A DNA stretch of 63,770 nt, the filler included, from Pelomyxa schiedti (Eukaryota; Protista; Evosea): NCBI GenBank assembly GCA_020536535.1. It is 11 parts of 11 records of this genome, joined end to end, with 100 filler letters (N's around TTAATTAATTAA, not from the genome) between each part and the next. Parts side by side here need not be neighbours in the genome. Positions count along the whole stretch, not along the records: positions 55,040 to 60,466 come from JAHLWZ010001500.1; positions 60,567 to 61,756 come from JAHLWZ010002721.1; positions 61,857 to 63,770 come from JAHLWZ010002210.1; 8 more parts are not named here. The stretch is one strand, 5' to 3'. The notes below the pieces were generated by a model. The model made no database searches, was not told the origin of the DNA, and worked only from the letters and a program-made list of their open reading frames with translations. The translations under genes were made by a program, and so were the position numbers. This document shows positions 55,827-63,770 of this stretch, piece by piece (within the stretch, counting starts at the first letter, position 1; every line of letters begins with the position of its first letter).

Positions 55827-58168
55827 TCACAGGCTACTACAAATGTAAATTTTATCCTTGATGAGGGAGCGACAATGAGGGCACTTCTTCATGATTGCTG
55901 CACACTGTGTGTGTGTGTGTTGTTTGTTGTGTGGTTATTATTGTTGTTGGTTGGGGAAAAAAGGCAGACAGACCTGGGAGCAGAGGACAACGTGGCCACA
56001 AGGCTGCAACTGCACGTCTGGCGGCCTCTCATCACATTCCATGCAAACGTTGCTCTCATTGTTGTTGCGATTTGGCACTGATGATGACGATGATGGTGAT
56101 GTGGCAGTGCATCCTGGGAGAGTTGTTCCTGCTCTACCGCCAAAAGAGGCAGATGATGATAACGTTGCCTTGGAAACCATGAGATCCACGATTGCTTGTT
56201 GAGCCTGAGGGAGCAACTCAGAGAGCATTGACCACACACCAGGAATCCCAATGAACCTCTCATCACCCTCCAAACCTCGCTGAAGCTTCCACTTGCCATT
56301 GCTTTCCCTCTGAAGCTCTGAACATTCTCTCTGTGCTTCCTCGATCGCCTTGTGGAGTGTGCCTCCAATTGAAACCTGCTCTGACAGCTCCTTTGACAGC
56401 ACCGTGTGTTTGTCAGCGAGCTTTGTGCACTCCTCAAACTGGCACCTCTGGAGCTGTGCCAGTGTGTCTGAGAGGGTGCGCAGCAACTGGAACGGTGGTG
56501 TGAATGTGTGATCACTTTGATGAACCTGCAGTTCATTCACAGTCAGAGGTTTCATCAGAATGGCATCCACAGTGTTGTAATCACCACCCTCTGTGTTTTG
56601 TTTTTGTTTGTTTGTTTGTTGTCAAATCGATGTGTTTTTACCTTCTTTGAATGAAACAGTGTCCATTTCTGAGGTTGATGACATTGTGGAGGACCTGATT
56701 CCCCACACCACCTTTTTTGTGAGTGTTGAGATGTTCCTGGCGCACTCCTTGATCTCAGACTCACTGTTCTGCACCGTCAGTGTCTGCCCAAGGAGCTTCT
56801 TGCATGCATCATCTGATTCGTTGAGTTTTCTCACCAGTGCACATTTCAGTTCAGTGAGTTTCTTCAGCTGTGATGCCAGTGTTTCGTGGCTTTCTGTTGC
56901 TCTCTGGAGACTGCCATTCAGTTTGGTCAGTGATTCCTGGAGGAGGATGATCTCTGGTGCGAGAGTCAGCAACTGAGACTGGAGCAACCGTGCTGATTCG
57001 AAAGCATCCCTCAATTCAGGATGGGTTGTTCTCACAAGATTTGACTTCCTTTCATCATCATCTTCTTCCTGTTTTTTTTGAAGTTGGTCTCGCGGCAACA
57101 CATCAAAAAAAAAAAAAAGAAAGCTGAGAATGCACACAGAGCACACCTCAATCAGCTGACAGTGTTCAAACTGTGGAAGTGACGATCCCATTTGATGTTG
57201 CACTCCTGGAGGACTCACACCTTCGAACAGGTTGTTGTTGAGGGTGCCCTTCAACAGATTGGATGATGATGACGACGATGACGACAGTGTTGCAACACCC
57301 TCACCACAACAGCACCCATTTTGTGTGAACGTGCCTTCAAACTTGTCACCGTTTGGCCACCTCCTCATCCCCTTCGTTGGCACACCACCCTCCCACAACC
57401 CAGTGAATGATGATCCATCCCCGCTCCACGTCTTGGTTCCTTCACCATGCTCCTTCCCACCCACCCACTGGCCATCATACCTGTCACCGTTTGCCCACAG
57501 CCTCACACCCCGACCATGGAACTCGTCGTCCTTCCACTCACCAATATAGCTCCCTCCACCTCGTTCTTGGTTGCTGCTGCCTCCACCATCACCACCACCA
57601 CCAAACAGGATCCTCCCTGTTCCACATTTCACACCGTGATCAAACTGGCCATGGTAGATGTCACCCGAGCCATCAGGTGACCACCACGTTCCCACACCGT
57701 GCCACTTGAGCCTGTCCCACTCACCCTCATACACCGTCACCATTGCCGCTGTTGTGGCACGCCCCGTGGTTGTTGTCTTCCTCCACCTTTGCACACCCCA
57801 CCCCTGCATGTCATGACCATTTGCCGTTGCGTTCCACACCCACTCGCCATCCTTCACATCCACACCGCTGTGGTACGCTCCCCTTCTCCAGTGGCTGTCC
57901 CTCCACAGCCCCTCGTACCAGCTGCTACGTTGTTGAGCCACTCTCCCTCTCTGGTGCCGCCACTGGGCCACTTGTACACCCCTCTGCCGGTCCTGGATCC
58001 GTTGAGCCACACACCGTCGTACGTGTCGCCCTTTGCCCATTTGCCGGTGCCCCTGCCGTCGCGTTCGCCATCGACCACCCGACCAGTGTATGTGAGCTCA
58101 GGCACCGACGTGTCGTCAACAACCAGGGTCGCAACACCCACTCGTTTGTTGGTTGCAGCACCAGCCAT
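55827..58168 (-). CDS. MORN-repeat + coiled-coil + C-terminal RING (C3HC4_3/IAP-type) putative E3 ligase; apparent frameshift at ~57930
   Basis: MORN repeats TYTGRVVDGERDGRG, YDGVWLNGSRTGRG, YEGEWDRLKWHGVG, YIGEWKDDEFHGRG, YDGQWVGGKEHGEG; coiled-coil exons; spliced CMECDERPPDVQLQPCGHVVLCSQ|CAAIMKKCPHCR. Confidence 0.75.
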
Positions 58169-59314
58169 GATGATTACGATGATGTGTGTGCCTTCTGAAG
58201 ATGATGAAAGAAACAACAACAACGAAACTGGGCTTGGGCGTTGCAACCAACATTGCGACGACGTTGACCCTTCACAGCACTTTCCTCCAGGGGTTGCCTT
58301 GGTGCTTGGGCCCACCCACGATGGCGACCACCAAGGGAGAGCGTACCACCTGTCATTCATTGAAACTCATCCTCGGTCATGGATGCGTGCCTGGCCATGA
58401 TGACGTAATGCGGACCACAGCAGCAGCAGCAGCATCAACAACAACAACGACGAGCAGTCAACAACAAAGGGAAGTGTATCTCCAGCCACGTGAACCCGAG
58501 CGGTTGATCCTTGGCAGTGGCACTCCCAAAAACATCAGTTGTTGTGTCACAACGCAACCACCACAACCAGCACCACCGCGCCAGCAGCACTTGGGCACAT
58601 GGTGTGGCATTGCCTGGTGCTGATGGATCCAAGGCTGCTGGAGCCCCCCGTGTGGCCACTCGAGGTGTCTGTGTGTGGCGGGACAAGTTCGGGCGTTGCT
58701 GCGGAGCGTCACCCACTGCCAATCCATCGATGGGTGGTTGGTTTCCTGCAATCTTTAGTTTCCCTGAAGCCTCCTCCTTGTGTTTGATCGCTGCTTCATC
58801 GTCCACTGGTTTGGGTTTTCCTTTTCTGATTTCTTTTTGCCCTCCAACGTCTGTATCACAGGGATTCTGCCTTGCCCTTCATTCATTTCTTTAAGCCAAC
58901 CATTATACAACAAGTTGTAACGCACACTCTCCCAGAAACACCGAGGGCCCCTCCGTGATGTGTACGTTACAATCTTTCCATTCCCACCCACGTTTTCGTT
59001 TTCGGTTAGCTTTAGTCTTGTTTTTGCGGCTCCCATTCCACCGGTATTCCTCTTCTTTGAGTCCCCCCTCAATATACTCACCTCCAATCTCTAGAAGTCC
59101 TTTCCCGCATTTCAAGCTACATGCAGTGGGAGTGCCGGAATTGGGGCCCTCTGACTTTCAGCAGCTCAGCCCCTAGTATATTTCTTATCTCTTCTTTTTC
59201 TCGTTTGTTTCACGTTGTACAGTAGTAGGTGGTGGACTTGCATTGACAGCCTGCCACCATGGTAAATCCCCCGTCTCCCCTTTTCATTGTCACCCCACTC
59301 AAACATAATAATAG

Positions 59315-59481
59315 TAGGTACCCCAGACTGACACCGCTCAGGAGAATGGTGTGAGCTCCGCGTTTCGTCATCAGGTTTTCGCCTTCATTGTCAACCCCCT
59401 GTATTGCCTCACTTCCAACCCCAGATTGTTCTTTCTTTTTCCCGCATTCAACCTGCGTGTTGAAACGGGTCTTCTGTTTCC
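59315..59481. repeat. ~166-bp direct repeat, copy 2 (copy 1 at 55487-55652)
   Basis: Near-identical to copy 1; the similarity ends abruptly on both sides. Confidence 0.9.
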
Positions 59482-59705
59482 GGAAACACCTTGTGACACT
59501 GTGGTATGTGACTCCTCCTTTTTTTCTTTTTCCAGTCTCACACCTAATATTATTTAAGTGGAAACTTGACGGTTTTGGAGCTCAGACATATCATCACACC
59601 AAGGTACATTCCCTCAAAAGTTCCACGCGTGCAACCTCAAACAAGGTAGTACTCACCCCAACATTACATTTATACACATCCTAACGTGGTACTCAACACA
59701 AAGAA

Positions 59706-60466
59706 ATGAGCAGCACGACGCCGACTTCGCCTACGATACGACCCACTACGTCCATCTTCGCCACGCTGGACCTGCACCACGCCACGCTCGCCGATGTCCT
59801 CACGTTCCGTGCGGCCCTCACGCCCAACGCGGTGGCTTACTCGTTCATACCTTCCCCCATCACTAGCCGCCCCACCTTCTTCTTCATCATCATCACCATC
59901 ATCATCACCGGCGTCGGGGGAGGTTGTCAAGGAGGCTGGCGCCGTTGATGATGGTAATAAGGAGGGGGCGGGAGCCGCAGCGTCGGGCGTCGCGGCGGGG
60001 CTGGGGGCCGTCTCGTTGACGTACAATAGCTGCTTGGCTCCAACAATAGTATGTTTGTTTGTTACTTTGTTTGTTTGCTTGTTCGCTTCGCTTCGTTTCG
60101 TTTCGTTTCGTTTCGTTCCGTTCCGTTCCGTTCCGTTCGGTTTTTTTTGTTTCGTTTCGCTTACTTTTTGGTGGTTTTCATGAATAAATACCTGAAGGCC
60201 CAAGTCAAAAACAAATTTTTTTTTTTTTTAGTTTGTTAGCTTTGTTTTGGTTGTTGTAGTGCTATTGTACTGACATATTTCTATTGTTTTTCCCCTGATT
60301 TTTGTAGCTTCAAGAGTGGCTAGTAATGGAGTTGGTATGGTTCTGCTATTGTATCCGTTCCATGGAGTGGAGTTCGTTGTTGGCTTCTGGGGTTGCATTT
60401 TAGCTGGTTACGTTCCCGTTCCTGTATCTCCTCTAGATCCATCCAGGTACCTATTGCAAAGTAACT
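59706..60466 (+). CDS. Fatty acyl-AMP ligase (FAAL)-like adenylating enzyme, N-terminal fragment
   Basis: TLADVLTFRAALTPNAVAYSF ... SLTY ... MVLLLYPFHGVEFVVGFWGCILAGYVPVPVSPLDPSR. Needs a 1-nt correction in a C-run at ~59852-59856 and at least one intron. Confidence 0.7.
60083..60138. repeat. Pentanucleotide microsatellite (TTCGC/TTCGT/TTCCG)n in an intron
   Basis: About 11 imperfect 5-nt units. Confidence 0.85.
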
Positions 60467-60566
60467 NNNNNNNNNNNNNNNNNNNNNNNNNNNNNNNNNN
60501 NNNNNNNNNNTTAATTAATTAANNNNNNNNNNNNNNNNNNNNNNNNNNNNNNNNNNNNNNNNNNNN

Positions 60567-61756
60567 TTGGCAAACACATTGAACACGAATCCAGACTCTG
60601 CCATGAACCCCCTCACGTGTTTGCCCCTGTGTTTTGTCTTGTTGCGTTTGAGTTCCTGAAGAACATCCAGAGGCACAGTGGGCTGATCACGGTGATAGAA
60701 TCTGAACCACTCCTGCTGTTTGTTGGTTCGGAATGACACACAGAACAGTGAGTCTGAAACCCTGAACACATCAACGACACAGTGCTGAATCAGTGTGAAA
60801 ACTCCACTTGATTCCACCATGTGATAAACTTCTGAATGATTGGACTCGGAATCCACACACTGGACAATAAATGTGCGTGACCCATAATAACCGGGGGAAT
60901 GGTGCTCCCAGTTCCTCAGCACAATAAGAGACTTAAACGAGTTGTTGGGAGGCAAATCGCACGTTGTTGTGCTCAACAGCGCAAGGGTGCCACTCTCAAA
61001 GGTCCGCTCCACGTCAACAACATAAACCACTGTGCCCAGCTTCGTGGAGTGAACGACAGCCACCTCACGTTCAACAGACCGGTCCATGAACAATTTTACA
61101 GTCCGTGGGCACGTCAAATAAGCACACTCCAACGGCATTTCCACATCGACGCAGCTCACTGTGCCTCCCCCCTCATACCCGCCGCCACCACCAACACAAC
61201 AACAAGGCACCATCTTGGCCACGGTCATAAAAGCAGGCAGGCCGCGGGGCGGCTGCCCCTCTCGGCGGTACGACACCACCGCCGCCCATTTGGTGTTGAT
61301 GTCGAACTCGTACACGTAGTCCTTGCCGGGCGCGCCGCCTCGCGCGCACGGGACCCACGGGGTTCTGGGGTCCACAGGGTCCCAGGTGCCGAGCACGAAG
61401 CCGTCGCAGGGCGGGCGTAAGAACTTTCCTTGGGCGAGATCGGCGATTCGGCGGCCGTCGACCCGCTTGCCGCCGTGGGGGCGCATGAGCGTGGGGCCGG
61501 GGCCGCCGCCGCCGCCGCCGCTCCCTGCGACACTGAGAAGGAGCGGGGAGAGGGCGAACGAGACGGCGTGGTAGGAGTTGCTGAGTACCCCTGTGGTGCC
61601 GTCGTGGACGCAGATGAAGTTGAGGACGAACAGCTTGATTGTGGGACGGACCCAGTCGAACCACAGCGTGCGGACCAGCGAGGTGGCGAGGCCGCGTCCC
61701 ATAACCCGCTGCATCGCGCTGTCGGCCCCGCACCGCGCGACGGTCGCGCCTGCGGC
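60567..61756 (-). CDS. Divergent 'RCG-module' family protein, both ends truncated
   Basis: AAGATVARCGADSAMQRVMGRGLATSLVRTLWFDWVRP, SFALSPLLLSV, DINTKWAAVV, VYVVDVERTFESG. Confidence 0.7.
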
Positions 61757-61856
61757 NNNNNNNNNNNNNNNNNNNNNNNNNNNNNNNNNNNNNNNNNNNN
61801 TTAATTAATTAANNNNNNNNNNNNNNNNNNNNNNNNNNNNNNNNNNNNNNNNNNNN

Positions 61857-63770
61857 CAGTCCTTCTTGATGCATGTAAGCAACTTCTTTCATTTTGTGTG
61901 ATCACACATTGGCTGTGTGGTGCTCAGAGTGCACTACATGCTATATTATTGTCAACTCCCTTGTTGGACCCTGGGTTGATACTGGGTTTTAGAAACAGTT
62001 CTGCACCATGTACATAGTGTGTACTGGGCATTGTCCAGTTAGTGTGGCTCCGAAGCTAACCACACTAACCACACCAAAATTAATTATCCTTTGAACAGGT
62101 GCAACCCAAGCACAGGAACAAGCAAGAGCACCTTTACACTCTTACTCTTTTTCCTCTGTGGGTGTTATTCTCTTCCCACAGAAGCTAACAATAGAAGGGA
62201 CCTTCTGAGTTGAGTGTTCCAAAAACACATTGTGGACCTTTGGTGTGTCAGTGCTGACTCTTGGTGTGTGGGCTTTCTAAAGCACTTGAATAGAGCCAAT
62301 CAGATTTATTATGTTGGAACCAGAAATTTTGCATTTTTCCTTCTCAAGTAGGGAGAAATTGTGTGGTGAAGGTCCTCTCGTCGTCCCTGAGGTGTTTCCC
62401 TTTGTAGGGAACCACAAGGAAGGGAATCCCCTGGTACCTATGAGGATGTCAGAAAAAGGAAAAATTCCAGAACCACCCTTTAGCAGCCAAGCCCACCTCA
62501 TTTGGGTCCAAAGTGGGTGCACACTACATCGTTGAAACACCCAGGATCAACAAGGAAAAAAACCAAGTGTTTTTGCATTGATTGAAAAAAAAAGACACAC
62601 CAGTTCTGTCAGTTGCTTTTTGATTTTTTTTTTCCCTTCGATCATTTGGTCCAACCAAAATAACCAAAAACCTCTGACTGTTACCACTGCAAGCCACTGT
62701 ACAACCACCACTGCAGAACACCATCACTTTCCCCAAGCCCATTGTTGTGGTGGATAACACCATTATAAAGACATGGGAACTATGTCTGTGTCCATGTTCT
62801 ACAGCCCCACACAGCTCGCAGAGCCCCATGAAAGCTGTGAAACTCTTTCAACTGAAAATACTTGTGGGGAACTGAGAGTTATTGGGAGCAAATGTTAGGA
62901 AACAGAACTGGACTGAAACCACAGTATTGTAGGTCTAGCCCACAGTTAGGGAAGATTAATGACTTCTAGTTCACAACCAGGATTCGAAGTCGAAGGAATC
63001 CCAAGTCGCCAAAAATGTTCTCTGGTGATTGGTTTTGTGAGAAGATTTCGCTCTCAATTTGACAATTGTGGGTTTGGTCTTGTTCTCTGAGCTCTTCTAG
63101 TTTGTCGATCATCATACACCTACAACATCAAAGCAACATTTATGCCTTACATGAGAAAAAATATGCCCAAGTACCAGACGGAACGCAAATCACAAGAATA
63201 AATATTAATTTTAACACAAAAAAATTACAGCCTTCAGCCGACCTCCCAACAATACGTATTTGTTGTTTTCACAAAAACAAAAGGCTGAGGGAGGAGACCA
63301 TTTGGTCCAGGTAAGTACTTACTCCCTTTGCGTCTGAGTGAGAGGCAGGTACTTGTCGTGAGCACCAATCACTCTGTGTCACCACACCCGTTCACATGCA
63401 CCCAGGCCTGGGTGGATGGGCACACCAATGACCCAACAAGCGTTACTTGCGTACATTCATGTAATGAGTCACCACACCGCAACGCTGTGGCCACAACAAC
63501 CAACACCAAGGCCCGCTGTTGCTCATGATCTATCTCAAAGACTCAAAGAGTACGCCGTGTATTCAAGCCATACCATTGGAATGTGGGACTGCAATAATAC
63601 ATCACAACCTGCAGCTATTGTGGAACTGGGCCAAAGTCAATACAATGCTTTTTGCTCAGGCTGGTTTCCTGTACCATGTGTGTAATGACGCCATTGTGGT
63701 TGTTGACTACCAGTCAGGGGAGCCAATTCTGAAGTTCAAATGCCAGGAACCACACGACATCGACCTGGAG
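61857..63770 (+). CDS. Fragments of probable 'RCG-module' family gene(s); exon structure unresolved
   Basis: The contig start reads LDACKQLLSFCVITHWLCGAQSALH (module-like). The contig end reads AIVVVDYQSGEPILKF, like the family C-terminal EVVDAVSGFSVFKM. Confidence 0.4.

Noticed and set aside
58381-59170. Several overlapping medium ORFs on both strands
   Set aside because: No consistent exon chain or recognisable motif could be built.
63304-63318. Reverse complement ACTTACCTGG resembling the U1 snRNA 5' end
   Set aside because: It is simply a consensus 5' splice site (CAG|GTAAGT) on the plus strand, with no U1 stem-loops.

Overview
This is not one locus. It is 11 separate contigs/scaffolds of an intron-rich microbial eukaryote, joined by identical artificial 100-nt linkers (44 N + TTAATTAATTAA + 44 N) at 5628, 17145, 38269, 39971, 46268, 50744, 52879, 54940, 60467 and 61757. 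There are also three plain 100-N scaffold gaps (10173, 11959, 44179). Short GT-AG introns, low-complexity protein ends, compact spacing and an inverted chimera typical of whole-genome amplification suggest an amoebozoan single-cell assembly; Pelomyxa-like archamoeba is my inference, not proven. Recognisable genes after manual splicing: an LRR-Roc-COR (Roco) protein with a degenerate GTPase, PABPN1, a lipidated atypical small GTPase, three tRNAs (Gln-TTG, intron-containing Ile-TAT, Leu-CAA), PEX10, an ADF-H protein, a zf-4CXXC_R1-like protein, XPG/RAD2, a parallel beta-helix protein, PIG-L, a macrodomain protein, a large DOCK-like/DH-PH/TKL-kinase locus, a calmodulin-like protein, cytosolic GluRS, a MORN-RING protein, a FAAL-like enzyme and secreted CBM25-EGF and PPC-like proteins. 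The most unusual signals are: (1) a ~45-aa N-terminal module (AR.Q.h.h...h.RCG..S..R.L.....h...W.hP) on about ten genes across several contigs, fused to at least two unrelated C-terminal domains; (2) a TRAF-type zinc-finger/coiled-coil protein whose expected MATH domain is replaced by a phage tail-collar domain; (3) a protein with six copies of an unnamed lambda-repressor-like helical repeat; (4) an HAE...PCxxC zinc-deaminase-like gene. All domain names come from motif recognition by eye; no database search was run.
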